DNA of 62,613 nt, filler included, from Circinaria calcarea (lineage: Eukaryota), in NCBI GenBank assembly GCA_051942165.1. It is 12 parts of 12 records of this genome, joined end to end, with 100 filler letters (N's around TTAATTAATTAA, not from the genome) between each part and the next. Parts side by side here need not be neighbours in the genome. Positions count along the whole stretch, not along the records: positions 20,931 to 26,062 come from JAVECS010002030.1; positions 26,163 to 31,287 come from JAVECS010002031.1; positions 31,388 to 36,510 come from JAVECS010002032.1; positions 36,611 to 41,732 come from JAVECS010002033.1; 8 more parts are not named here. One strand, 5' to 3'. Numbering within the stretch: position 1 is the first letter of the stretch; every line of letters begins with the position of its first letter. Made by a program: the position numbers and the translations under genes. The notes beneath the pieces are model-generated. The model made no database searches. It had not been told where the DNA came from and worked only from the letters and a program-made list of their open reading frames with translations. This document shows positions 24,512 to 37,691 of this stretch, piece after piece.

Positions 24512-26162
24512 GGCGAGATTGCTGAGCTAGTAGCTTAGTAACAAGGGCGACTAAAATAAAGATTCTCTTGGTAAGCTTTTAGCCCCTTCCGCTGACTCGG
24601 GCCAAGGCTTTTGCTAACCCGTACAAACAGATCATGGCTTGAAAAGGGCAATAGTCATGTACATCGATAGAACAGATCCTTCAGGACAGTTTCAGGATGC
24701 CCATCTAACCACAACCTTCGCTCCTTGCCCCGAGCGAAATATTCCTCTCCCCATCGTTTATGTTTCTTCCTTTTCCTTTTCCTTTTTCCATTTTTGTTTT
24801 TCCATTTTTCATTTTTCATACAGAAATGTCGATCCCCCCACCATACAAAGACGGATACGGCGTTCATCACCGGCGTTTTCCGGGCAGCAGGCGTTTAGAC
24901 TAGAAGAGGTACAGAGGTAAAGATAGAGAATAGATAGATACGATACCTACATAGAATACTAGAAATCAAATCTTACCATCCCTTCGTCCACTCTCCCATC
25001 TTCCCCCCCCCTTTTCGCATTTCCGCAAAGACTCCCATGAAACTATCTCATGTGTACCTACGCCCCGCAGAGCACAGCGCAGCACGGCACGGCACGGCAT
25101 ACCCCTCCCTATTCTCATCTCGGCCGTCATAACTTCTACTTCGTACACCTTGTGTAATTCAGTAGCTCTCGCTTGTATATTTCAGGGGATTCTATAGCTT
25201 GGCGCGCGGAATAACGGAGTCGGGAATTGGGAGTCGGGGGTCCGGGGGAGGAGGAGGAAACGTTTCTACGGATGAGTTTTGGTGTTCGCACCACTGACAA
25301 TAAGTACTCGCACGCCTTTTGCTTCCTCCCTTCCCGCTCCCCGTTCCCCGTTCCTGCTGTTCCATTCCATCAACGCCTTGAGCTTCTCCAGATTCGAGTA
25401 TTCCCCCCACCAGGAATATATAAGCAATAAACTCCACTTACAGCTCACCTCGTGCAGGGGGGGTGTCGAGAATTACCAGCCTTTTTGGATCTCACCCCCC
25501 CCCCAGTCCCAGCTTAGACTAGGCTACCATAGGCTTAGTTTCTCATCTATTAAAGCTCCCCCCGAAAAGTCCCAGAAAGCCTCCGGAAATTTCCAGCCCC
25601 CGGGACCCCCCCGGCGGTGTGTGCCTTTGTAGACTTCTACTCTGTACTACTGTATAATGCAATCCCATCATAGAAGTATTCACGCGGTTACCAAGTGCTA
25701 CCTAGTCTAGTCTAGTTCGGAAAGAATTAATCCATGTTTTGGAATAATCTCGAAGAAATTGGGACATGGAAATTCACTCCCCGTTTCGGCCTGCCTTCCT
25801 TTTTTTGTCCCTTTCGCTTTTCCCTTTTCCCTTTTCCCGGAAAAACTCTCACGGTTGGAGTCGTCGTCATCGTCGTCTCGGTCCCTGACTTTTGCACAAC
25901 CCTCCTATACACATGCACATTACCGCTCGCAACTAGACTCGTGGGTTTTCGAGTTCCGTCGCCTGCGTTTCGAGGGGAGCGAGTTAGATGCATGAGAGTT
26001 TCCCACAGGCTATATCCGAGGAGTTCTTTCGGGGGTAGTTAGACATTCTACCGGGATATGAANNNNNNNNNNNNNNNNNNNNNNNNNNNNNNNNNNNNNN
26101 NNNNNNTTAATTAATTAANNNNNNNNNNNNNNNNNNNNNNNNNNNNNNNNNNNNNNNNNNNN

Positions 26163-26921
26163 GTTTCCGTCACACCGCCGGACCCGGCGGCAAAATCATG
26201 CACGGAATGTCCGTTGGGGGCCCAAGTCTCGATGTCGGGACGCGGACCGGCGTTCTCGGTTGCTTCGCGGCGACGGCGGTGGCGTTTATGGAGAATGGAG
26301 GCGATGACGGCGATGAGGGTGAGGCCGAGGAGGAGGACGATGAGCATTACTACCCAGCGCCAGTGGGTGGAGAACCTAGATTGTGTTGGGGCGTTAAAAG
26401 GGTATGGTTTGGAAGGCGAGGGAGGAGTGGGAAAGAGGTGAAAAAAAAGAAGCGCACCATGCTTTTCCATTGGTACTGGTGTCATTCCCCTGATTGACGC
26501 CCAGCACCGGGCCCGAAACCGCCGTGGCAGTCGCTGTCGGTTTCGCAATCGTCGTCGTCGTAGAGGGATACAGAGTCGCGATAGTAGTTGGCTGTCCGGC
26601 AGCAGCCCCGACGGCGCAGAATTCCTTGTACCATGTATTGATGGTTGCAAAATCGCCGTCGGCGCATTGCGGGGCGCAGATGTTGGTGGTGGCGGCAGCT
26701 CTCATCGGAGAGAGGTAGCCGGATTGGCAGAAGCAGGACTGGTAGATTCCGGCATTGCTGACGGGAGCAGCGGGGGGGACGCATCCTGTTTGCGCTTGGA
26801 TAAGGACCAGACAGGTTTGAGCGCAGGTAGGGAGGGTGGTGGGGAGAAGAGTAGGTTGCTGAGCGGAGGTGAGGCGGGCAAGGAGGAGGAGCAAGGCTGG
26901 GATGAGGGGGTAGAAAGCCAT
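26163..26921 (-). CDS. Single-pass membrane protein with an 8-Cys CFEM-like ectodomain; 3' truncated
   Basis: Signal peptide, LPTCAQTC...C...CFCQS...C...C...WYKEFC, a Thr-rich stalk and an intron, then the TM segment WRWVVMLIVLLLGLTLIAVIASIL followed by HKRHRRRR. Confidence 0.8.
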
Positions 26922-27632
26922 TGAAAGCGATTGTGGTTTTGTGATGGCGAGCCTCACTTGTGGTAAACTGATTGCGAGGAACGATCGATGGTCTCCGAGA
27001 CTGGAGAGGGAGTGAGTGATTGCATCTGATGGTCAAAGGATATTCTATCGACTTGAGCTCGAGGGGAGGGGGAGCTTCGACTTCGGGTACTTTAGGCGAG
27101 TCTCACGTGATGATGGCAATTCTGCTGGGACCTTTCCAAACACGGAAAGGCCGCCTCTTCGAGGTCCTGAGGCTGACTTCTCAATTGAAGCTGGTGAGCA
27201 GAAGTCGTTACATTGAAGACAATTAGTGTAGGGGTGTTCTGTTATCACAACATATAGATCAAGTCTTTTGTTCTGGAATTCTATACATTCAAGGTGTCTA
27301 ACTATTGAAATAAGCTACGGTTCCTGTGTGAGGGGTCTTCCAGTATTATTTTGTCATTTCCGGCAGCAACTTCTGCACACCGGCCTCAAGTATTAGTCTG
27401 TCAAAATGAAGATTGACTGGAGACCTTACCCCATTTCAAGACCACAAATCAGCAAGGAGGAATTGTGTCTATCAAAGTAACTAAATTGATTGGCTAACCT
27501 ATCCTGCGACTTCCCCATGTGGTAAACAAAAGTTTTCTGACACGGTGAAGCTTCTCTACCAACTTTCACTCCTCGTGATGACAACGCTTTTCGAGTACTC
27601 CCTAGTCTTTCTACGAAGTCCCAATATCACAT

Positions 27633-28563
27633 TCATGGTTCTGCCCTTCCGTCCAGTTCCTCCTCGTAACAATAATGCCGGCGTGCTCGAGGGCGCTGGA
27701 AGTGCTGAACACTAGTTCCCGCTTTCATGGATCCGTCAGCATAGAAGGGGAATATCCACTGGGAGCTCCAGAGCTCTTCGAGGATACTTTGTCTCCGGCA
27801 AATGTTAAAAATGCGACACTTAGTATAGCTTTTCCAAGAGAAGTAAAGAGCTCCGCAGCCCCCCTGAGTTTGGATCTGCAGGAGACTGTATACGCTCTCG
27901 AATGATCCGAGGGTTCTCTCCGACTATCCAGGCCGGTGTTGACGATAGGGAAAGTAATACGTTCCTGGGAAGATGATATCCTAAGCTAGCATCTATGCGT
28001 ACCAGTGCCGTTTTCGACCCCGCGATCCACGATAAGAATCTCTGTTCTGGTCATGAAGGTCAATTGTTGGGTATGGATCTGCCAATTTGCTGTTGATCTC
28101 CTCGCAGCTGGAAGTGATGTTTACAACTTTTCCGGAATAGGCATCTTTGTAACTCTTTGAAGCGCACAAGGACCGGAAGTAGAGGGCGACATCTAAAGCG
28201 TTGGTATTAGATATTCTTTCTTTCGACTCCAAGACTCGACCCACAAGTCACTTGATTGGTTGGCCCCATGCCGCACACATTGTTAATACAAGCTTCGATA
28301 TATCCTTGTCCGTTCCCACAAGCCGCGCAATGTCCATAATCCAAGAGACATTGTTGCTGAAGAGGAAGAGACCAAAGTCAGTGGACGTCCCCAGGGATAC
28401 CAAACCGGCGAGGACATACTAGGCATGGAGGGGCCAGGCTTTGACAAGAAAGACTGCCCTCACCGCGGCAGGGATCACTAGCCAGTCCGGTGTCCTTGGA
28501 TTGACATAGTGCATGCGTGGCGACGGCGAGTAGGCCTGTGGTCATTGCGAACGGGAACTTCAT
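27633..28563 (-). CDS. Cys-rich secreted protein, multi-exon; 3' end uncertain
   Basis: Signal peptide MKFPFAMTTGLLAVATHALC. A GTATGT...CTGAC...CAG intron joins PPCL|QQCLLDYGHCAACGNGQGYIEACINNVCG, and a GTGGGT...TAG intron joins into ORF 27993-28244 (YVALYFRSLCAS). A further open frame ends at 27633. Confidence 0.6.
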
Positions 28564-29536
28564 ATTGTAACCTCAACACAACAGTGAAACGGAAAAAGAT
28601 GTAGTGATCGAAGAATGGCGGGGGTAACAGGATAATAAGAGCTCAATGTAAAACGAGGGGTGACACGAGATGAAAGACGGTACGACCTGGGACGACCGAC
28701 CGAGTGCAGTATAACAAAGAGAGAAGGGAAAAGCGGACCAGCGGAGGCTTTGTAGATGTGACATTTCTTCGCATGGGTATCTCCTACCTTCCTACCGAGC
28801 CCACAGTGGTTTTCCGTACTAATCCCACGTGCTGCTACACATGATCTTCTAGCTCAGGCAAGGGCGAACGGTCAGGCGTCCAATTGATTGTACATGTGTA
28901 TCAATTGGCCTGAGATGCTACAGCAGCTTTTGTCAGACACACGCTGAGGAGTCATTTGGCCGCAAACAACGTGGAACATGAAATGTCAAATCACATTGAC
29001 AATGACTGCGACGGACTGGTACGTAGTAAATCCCGCTCGCTCGATGAATGCGGCATGGCGGCGGCCTGGTGGATAGTCCGATCCATACCATAGGCCCGAT
29101 GGCCAATCGGATCGAGTGGAATGCAAATTCACTGTACAAATCTTCAGATATACCATGTAGATAGCCGAGTGGCATGATATCACCATGTTGGACCTGAAGA
29201 TGGCTGTCGAGAAACGCACTACTAGCCTTTACCACCGCATCACAATATCCTATAAAACACCGTCGTCGAGACTTCGGCTTAGCGTTACACTCCATGGCAA
29301 TATTAAATTTCAATACAAATTCGGCGCTTTGGTAGATTCGCAATGGCGTCGTGCTTCAGTGCGGCCATTTCATTCGCTGCACGTCGGCCCATTGAGGCTT
29401 ACGCTAGAATACTTTGTGGCTGCCTCGTCGAGGTATCAATCGGGCAAGACGTACCCTCGGCGAGCTAGGTTTCTGGACATACGCATCTATCCACATCAGA
29501 GAAGTTTGGGCCGTGGTTGATCTCACGATCTTGTCG

Positions 29537-31287
29537 CTAATCTCCCCTGGTTCCTGTGTCCAACTCTCGCGGATGGCTTGGTCGTAGCAAAAGCTGGGCT
29601 TCTAGATCTGCGTTCCGCTTTCGGGCTTTGTCCAGTTGTAGCCTTAGCTGTTGAACTTCGTCTTTTTGGCTTTCTGGCTGGATTCTCTTTTCGGATCCAA
29701 ACCCTTGGGGCTTGTCGTTGACAGCTTGCAGTGGCCTGCCGTCGTCCTCCCTTGACCCCTGGAGAATTTCTCCCAAGTCGATATCCTGCATAGGTCGCGT
29801 TAGGGCCGGACTTGGGATGACCTTTCGCGTCATGGAGCTGTGATAGTGGTGGGCTTGACAGTCAAAGCTTTCATCAAGGTATTTGCTAATGTTCCGTCGC
29901 CATCGCCGCCCCTTTTGGCTTTCGATATGTTTCTGAATAACTAGATGGTCGTCTTGGATACTATTGTCTAAATCAGCTCTGCTTTACACAAATGCTTATC
30001 CTTGAGATCTCCAAACACTCACGGCCTGAGAGCACTCTCCGCATGTTCATGAAGGCGTTCTACCCGTACATCCACTCCTAGGTCTACAGTGTCCAAGCAG
30101 TATTGAATGGCTTGAACTATGCCAACGTTTCCAACAGTCCGCCGGAGGCACTGTAACAGTTCTGCTTGGGTCAAAGTCCCATTATCTTTAAAGAAAATCG
30201 CTTGTCCGTCCTCAGCTCTTCCAATACCAAGGGGTATCCCAAGTGCCAGTTCCGCAAGCATGCGCCCAAGTAGGAGAAGTTTGGGCTCGCATGCATCTTC
30301 TGCAATACAAAGCGGATGGGTATGAGAGCTGATACAAGACTCTAATATATATTGGCCACGCGAGCTTTTGAGCTTTGTACGGCGAAGTTTGCAAGTGCAC
30401 GGATTAGAAGTCCACGGAGTATTCCAGAGGAGAAACATCCAATTCACGAGGCCGAGGGCAACTACGCTTCTCTCCTCTTCCAATGCTTTCCGCCGCGCCG
30501 TATGTGAGGTGCTTACCCCAAGGAGCTTCCTCGTCGGGGGCCCTTGAGACACCGGTGCTTCAAGTATGGCAAACTGCTGTTTTTGATTGGGAATTTGGGG
30601 AGAGCGTGTGCAAATTCTGAGTTGGTCAAGCATCATCTGCCCTATTTGAGCTGGTGTTTCGTTTGGTTGACTGCTGTGTTGAGTTCGGTATTCGATCCGG
30701 AACCTCTGTGCTGTCCAGAGGTTGCATATACATCTGCACTGTATCAAAAAGTCGACGCTGATGCTCGCTAGGCAATTCGTTTGCGTTGCGTCGCCATCTG
30801 GATCTGGCATTCGAAGTTCCAACCCCCAATCATGATTGCCAAGGGCTTGGTTTTGAAAGGAATATAGATTATTTGCAAATTCGGAGAAGCCGTCGACCAT
30901 GACTTTTACCTTATCTAGCAACTGCGGTTCTTTCTGTGTTGGGTTCTTGTCGATTTCAGCTCCTTGTCGAACTCGTAAAAGTACGCGACTGGAATGGGTG
31001 AGACCTTTGGTCAGAGACTCTAGACGAGTCAATTCTTCGCGCAGCTTAGTGTTCTTTGCCAGGGCAAAAGCAATCTTGTTGAGGAAGTTCCCACGCTCCG
31101 GGCAATGCCATGGCTTGACCTGTAGCTTCCGCACCATCCCTTCCCAATCAAGCTTTTCTGATAGTGATAGTACTCTGACATGACGCCCTCTTTCGCTAAG
31201 CTTAAGATGAGTTGTGATACCGACAATCAGCTCCTCAATAGCCCTAAGACGGTTTTGAATCTCGTGGTAACCGTCCACGCCCCAGCA
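29537..31287 (-). CDS. Hypothetical protein with a degenerate kinase-like C-terminal region; 5' truncated
   Basis: 419-aa ORF plus a likely downstream exon. Motifs ALGLVNWMFLLWNTPW, LLLLGRMLAELALGIP and AIQYCL resemble the C-lobe-like domain of fungal HeLo/prion-inhibition-associated proteins (recognition only). Confidence 0.55.
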
Positions 31288-31387
31288 NNNNNNNNNNNNN
31301 NNNNNNNNNNNNNNNNNNNNNNNNNNNNNNNTTAATTAATTAANNNNNNNNNNNNNNNNNNNNNNNNNNNNNNNNNNNNNNNNNNNN

Positions 31388-32401
31388 CAGGAGTCCTTGA
31401 AAGAACTTACATCCATTGCGTTTCGTCGAGCTGATTGTTCGCATGCATGACCTTCCGCGAGTGCCTATTTCCCCAGTATCAGTTGGCGTTCCCCCCCGTA
31501 GATAAATGGAGTTTACGAACCCAGAACAGCGAATTAGCCAGTGCATATTCGCGTAGGTTGGCAAGAACTTCATCATCAATCTCGAATGCAGAGAAATTTG
31601 CTATGAAAGGTTTAGTAAAGTGATAAATCTGCCATATGGATGTCATACGAGAATTTGCAATGGCCTCTTCCGAGAAAGCCTCCAGAGGGGTAGCCTCGTA
31701 ACTAGTAGCGTTGATGAATTTGTTGTATATGATCTGCACATCCGAATAATCGGTAGGCAAAAGGGCAATCTGGTCAGCAATCGCCTGTGCGTCGGCGAAC
31801 GTTGGAACATCCTTTCCTACTCCAGCGAAGCTCAGAACAATATTCCTTCCGTTGGATCGACTTAGTTGTGCTTTCGACTTCTCGCCAATTACTACCAGGT
31901 CCGCATCCGGCTTCTCCATAAGCATTTTCCGGGCAGCTTTTGAAAGTCCAGAGTGAATACCACCACACAAGCCCTTGTCGGAGCTTGCCACGACAATCAG
32001 CCTCTTCTTCCCTTCACCCTCAAATGGCTTCGTCTCGGCGTTTTCGAAGACCGTATTGGATGTTTGTCCATAACTCCGGGACTCCGTCATTGCACGTTGT
32101 GCTCTCGTGAGCTTGGTGGAGGCCACAATCTTCATGGTCTTGGTGATCTTCTCAATGTTGCGGATGGACTTTAGACGGCCTTCGATTTCACGTAGGGTAG
32201 CGAAGTTTGCGGCATTGACGGTGACGGTGACGGGACTGCAATCACCGGAATCAGCCACATCACGTTACGCATTCACAAACATGGACTGGCTCAGTGTACG
32301 AGACACGGACAATGGCAACGGACAATGATCTCGGACCAGGAGGCCTACCGGATGGACGCTGCACCGACCCTGAGGGCGGGTCGGGCTACTGTAGAAAGCA
32401 T
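31388..32401 (-). CDS. ATP3: Mitochondrial F1 ATP synthase gamma subunit; 3' truncated
   Basis: ATLREIEGRLKSIRNIEKITKTMKIVAS and SSDKGLCGGIHS. The presequence exon is MLSTVARPALRV. Confidence 0.97.
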
Positions 32402-32910
32402 GGTGACGGCCTGGAGTGAATGGCTGACAAGAGTGGTGGTAGTGTCTGCCCTCTGAGTAAGTTCGGCTCAATATCAATGTTATGCCTACTCACCACAATC
32501 AGCCTCTCAACAGCTTCCGGCGAAATCGGAAAGACTGAGTGTTCGGCACCGACGCTAAGCCACATGTGGAACAGGCTGCGTATCCGAGGCCAATCAACAT
32601 TTGAGCAACACACTCTAAATGCACTTCTCTGCGCAAAGATCTCGTAGCCTTTCCATTGCCAAAACACTTCCTTTGCCAGTCGGTCTTTTCCCTTCTTACA
32701 TTACTTCACCCACACGGCGTTTCACTGTTACATATATTCACTGAGTCCTTGGCTCAGTAGCAGCTCGTGCATACTACATTAATACCTCTTAGTGAACCGG
32801 GACCAGGCACTTGATTACGGTCGCGTTAGCTACTACTTGTACTGCTCCTACTTTACTCGCTCCTCTCATTCCTCACCCGGCAAAAGTACGGACAAGGAGC
32901 AGCAGCCGTC

Positions 32911-35900
32911 ATGAGTTCTTCAGACGACGATGTGCCCATAGGGCGCAATAAAAAAACCAATGGAGTCTATCCACCAAATGGTCCGTATTCCAGTCACTAT
33001 ATTTAGCTGGCTGCTACCTTCGAATTATTCACTTGTTCATTGGTCCCTCTTCATGCCCAGTGTTTCCTCATCCCTCGACTTCATCCTTTACACATATCTT
33101 TCAATTTACTCTCACTTTACTTCCCTATCTTACTCTCGATTACTGATCATACTATCCAGGTGTCGCTCCAAAATCCAAGGACACCATTCCGCAGAGCCTC
33201 GACAAGGCCATGGACAAGGCTAATCCAGGCGAGAACGCCCAGGCGGGAATTTCGATCCGCAACGGTCCGCTAGAAGAAATGGATATCGATGAGCCTCCTG
33301 CCAAGGATGCGAAGCCCAACGGAAATGTCAATGGGAAACGAAAGTCCCGCCCTAGCAACGGCAAGTCCTATAAGGAAGCCAGTAGTGAGGACGATGGGGA
33401 TGACAAGCCTCTGGTACGTCTGGTATTCGAGGTCGAAGGTCGTCTTTGACGTTGCTGACTCTTCACAGAGTAAGCGGCGTCGTGTATCCACTGCAAAGGC
33501 CAAGGTGGATTCTGATTCCGACGATGCCCCGTTGGTCGCAAAAACGGCCAATGGCAAAGCCCCTACACTCCTGAAGAAGCCGCCGAAAGTGGCCGAAACT
33601 GCTCTCGGTGAATCAGATTCCGATACTCCACTGGGCGTTAAGCTCGCCAAGGACAAAGTAAGATTCGAAAAGCGAGCCGAGAAAGAAGCAAAGGTTCTCC
33701 GAAAGGAAGAAAAGAAGGAAAAATCCGCTGCTGCAAAGAAGAAAACCAAGAAGGAGGACACGGATGAAGACGAGGAGCCAGCTAAGAAGAAGAGACAAAC
33801 CAACGGGACTACATCTACCAAAAAGAAATCAAACGGAGTGAAGAAAGAAGACTCCGATGACGATGCTCCTCTCCCCCGTAAAACAGCTACTACGAAAACC
33901 AAGGCTGAGACTAAAGCTGATGCATCAACTCCGGCAAAGAAAGGATCCAAAGCAAAAGCAGTGAAGAAGGAAGAAACCGAGCAGGATGAAGCAGCCGAAG
34001 AGGAAGAGGAAGAATACCGTTGGTGGGAGGATCCTACCAAAGGGGATGGAACCATCAAGTGGACCACTCTAGAGCACGCCGGGGTTGTCTTTCCACCGCC
34101 TTATGAACCGCTTCCCAAGAACGTCAAGTTGCTATATGATGGCATACCAGTTACGATGGCACCAGAGGCAGAAGAGATAGCAGGCTTCTTCGGAGGCATG
34201 CTCAACTCTACGCACAACGTGGAAAATCCCACATTTCAGAAGAATTTCTTCAAGGATTTCACCAAGGTCCTTGCTGACACTGGCGGTGCTCGAGACAGAG
34301 ATGGTAAGAAAGTCAACATCAAAGAGTTCGAAAAGTGCGACTTCAAGCCAATCTTTGAATATTATGATGCTCAGCGTACCCAAAAGAAAGCTCTTCCTAC
34401 TGCGGAAAAGAAGCGGCTCAAGGCTGAAAAGGACGCTGCTGAAGCACCATATATGCACTGCATGTGGGACGGTCGAAAGCAGAAGGTAGGAAACTTCCGA
34501 GTCGAACCTCCTGGGCTTTTCCGAGGTCGAGGAGAGCATCCGAAGACAGGAATGGTCAAACAGCGTGTCCAGCCAGAACAGATCATCATCAACATTGGCA
34601 AAGACGCTACTGTACCTGCCCCGCCCGAAGGTCATCGATGGAAAGAGATCAAGCACGACCAGGAGGGCACGTGGCTAGCTATGTGGCAGGAGAATATCAA
34701 TGGAGCCTACAAGTACGTCATGTTGGCCGCCAACTCGGATGTAAAAGGTCAGAGCGACTACAAGAAATTCGAAAAGGCGAGGGAGCTAAAGGTAATGTCT
34801 GACATTGTGGCTGATATGTCCGAAGCTAACATAGTCAGAAACACATTGATCATATTCGCAACGATTACAACGCAGACCTGAAAGCCCCAAAGATGGCTGA
34901 CCGGCAACGAGCTACTGCTATGTATCTCATCGATAAATTTGCTCTACGTGCTGGAAACGAAAAGAACGACGATGAGGCTGATACTGTTGGCTGTTGCTCG
35001 TTGAAGTTCGAGCATGTCACTCTTCGGCCGCCTGACACTGTTATTTTCGATTTCCTTGGTAAAGACAGCATACGTTTCTACAACGAATTCCCGGTTGATG
35101 CTCAAGTCTTTAAGAATCTGAAGATCTTCAAGAAAGAACCAAAGGGGGAAGGGGACGACATCTTTGATCGTCTGACGGTAAGCAAGTCTTACCACATATG
35201 TTGAGCAAAGTTCTAACTCATTGCTAGACGACAGGACTAAACAAGCACTTGGGAAGCTACATGACTGGCTTGACGGCAAAGGTCTTCCGTACCTACAACG
35301 CTTCGTGGACCATGGCCAATTTGCTACGTGACATGGAGCTGAAGGGGAACGTACAGGAAAAAATCAAAGATTACAATGAGGCTAACCGAAAAGTGGCCAT
35401 CTTGTGTAACCACAAGCGTACTGTTGCTGCCGGGCACGAATCTCAGATGGAGAAGATGGGTGATCGTATCAAAGGTCTCAAGTATCAGAAGTGGCGTTTA
35501 AAGCAGATGATGATCGACGTAGATCCCAAGATCAAGAAGATAAATGGAGCCGCGTACTTTGAGCTCGAGGACGACTTGGATCAGGATTGGATCAAGGAAC
35601 ATCAAGATTATCTTGTTGAAGAGCAACGTCAGAAGATACAGAAGAAATTCGACAAGGAAAACGAGAAACTGAGGGCAGAGGGCCAACCTGAGATGAAGGC
35701 CAAGGAGTTGGAAGAAAGGATGGAAGTGGCTGACGAGCTGGAGAAGAAGTTCAAGAAGGAGAACAAGACCGGAAAAGTGGAGGCCGAGGGTAAGGGACCG
35801 ACGATTGAGAAGTTGGAGAATAACCTTACGAAGCTGGATCAACGAATTGTGAACATGGGCCTGCAAGCAGAGGACAAGGAGAGTAACAAGGAAGTCGCAC

Positions 35901-36104
35901 TTGGGACGTCGAAGATCGTGGGTCTATTCCAAAGGATCTTGTCTGAGTTGAGGTACTGATCCTATATAGAATTACATTGATCCTCGTCTCACCGTCGTCT
36001 TCTCCAAGAAATTCAACGTCCCGATTGAAAAGTTCTTTTCGAAAACCCTACGCGAGAAGTTTGATTGGGCAATCAAATCTGTCGATGAGAACTGGGAGTT
36101 CTAA
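32911..36104 (+). CDS. TOP1: DNA topoisomerase I (type IB)
   Basis: [56 protein letters not shown] and CNHKR. The catalytic region LGTSKI|NYIDPR spans the last intron, and the gene ends ENWEF*. Confidence 0.98.
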
Positions 36105-36610
36105 ACCCAGGTGTTGGTCTCATTTGATGCATTCATTTGCTGGAGCAGATTTTGGAATTATAGAATGTGTCTACGCAGCCTGCATCAGCTTTTTCTTGGT
36201 AGCTTGGCTCCAAGAAGAGCTCCACACTTCTCCACGCTTGCAGCGAGTGGTACATGGAGATAAACAATTCGCTTCTTCCGAAGCATCATTCTCCTTGCAC
36301 TGTCGAAGCATTTCTTGCATGGTATCATGATCATCCATGGCTGTGATGGGTATGGCAATCGCATCCGGGCGTTGGTACTGGCGAATCATGGGTGAAAGAT
36401 AGAGCAGAGCAGAGCAACAGTCTCCCTTTCTGCTCAATAGCGGAACGAAGATAGCATATTAGCTTTTACCAAATAAATACTGCTGCCATCACACTGATTA
36501 CTATTTACTANNNNNNNNNNNNNNNNNNNNNNNNNNNNNNNNNNNNNNNNNNNNTTAATTAATTAANNNNNNNNNNNNNNNNNNNNNNNNNNNNNNNNNN
36601 NNNNNNNNNN

Positions 36611-37066
36611 GGCGTAACGAGTGGGGATACCGAAGAGGAAGGCGTCGTACTCCTCGAGCGTCTGGGGCGTTACGAATGGGATTGCATCGGTTTGGCCGGG
36701 AGCATGCATCTTTTCAAGGACTTCGGTCGGGAGGGTTTCTTTGACCCTAAAGGGGGTGGTGATGTCAATCAATGACTATTTCATTCTCTCCGTGGGTGGA
36801 CAAGTTGTCCCTGGGTGTGGGAGAGATGGGCCAAGCTTACTGGTAGAGGTCGGCTTTTCCCCCTGCGGCTTCAATGCCAGCTTTCTCGGCTTCGGCCAGT
36901 TTGTGAATATGACCATACATGGAGTACTGGGATCGGTCACATTCATCAGCTGATAAGCATGGAATACGTAAAGTCATCCTATGTATCGCCCTTGATTGAG
37001 GAAAGTGGGGTTTAGTGGGGCTCAATTGGAGATACTCACAAAGACAATAGCGACCTTGGGTGCCAT
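36611..37066 (-). CDS. wrbA: Flavodoxin-like NAD(P)H:quinone oxidoreductase (WrbA/Pst2/Ycp4 family); 3' truncated
   Basis: Exons MAPKVAIVF | [29 protein letters not shown] | [16 protein letters not shown]...[12 protein letters not shown]. Confidence 0.93.
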
Positions 37067-37691
37067 GATGACCGAAAGAGCTCAGAGCTCCGAGCTGAGA
37101 GAAAAGACTTGTTGGCAAAGGGGTAAGAAGGTCAATTGAGGCTACAGGTAATGGTTGGATTCAGGGAATGGAATTAAGAAGATATGGTGTTTATATCTCT
37201 ATTGCGCAAGCTCGGGCCCTTATCAACCATGTCGCGATCGGCCAATGAAGAAAGGGAAAATAGGCGAAAACGGGAGGACTAATGAAACTCATAAGCCTTA
37301 CGCAATGCTGACACGCTGATTTGGCCTTTGGTGATTTCGAATGCGAATGATTTCGAAGCAGCATGTGGCATTAGTCAACCAAACGCTGCCTAAGCACGAG
37401 TACCAACCTTAGTCATCATTCCGACACGTAAGAGCTAAGAATGCTCGATGTTTCTCCCGGAATTTGAGGCTGCCCGATATGGTTTGGAGCACCAAGCCGG
37501 TGCTGGGGAACTCCCCCCGGCTGACAACAACACCATTATACGGAGGCTAAGGCAATAATTGATGAGCGACGGCTTGGAATCCCGCAAGTTCTTCCCGCTT
37601 GCTAAGATGATATTCTCAACCACACAGCAGCAACCGCGCCGGTTCATTCCAACCATGGTCCAATAACCATTAGTGAAAGACGAGCCAGCAT

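Noticed and set aside
25150..26062. Possible transposon end or zinc-finger remnant (YCQWC) in G/C-run-rich sequence
   Set aside because: No partner terminus, TSD or transposase motif is visible, and the contig ends.
33270..34067. 265-aa antisense ORF, and similar antisense ORFs over other genes
   Set aside because: It is a shadow of the Lys/Glu-rich TOP1 N-terminus with no independent evidence.
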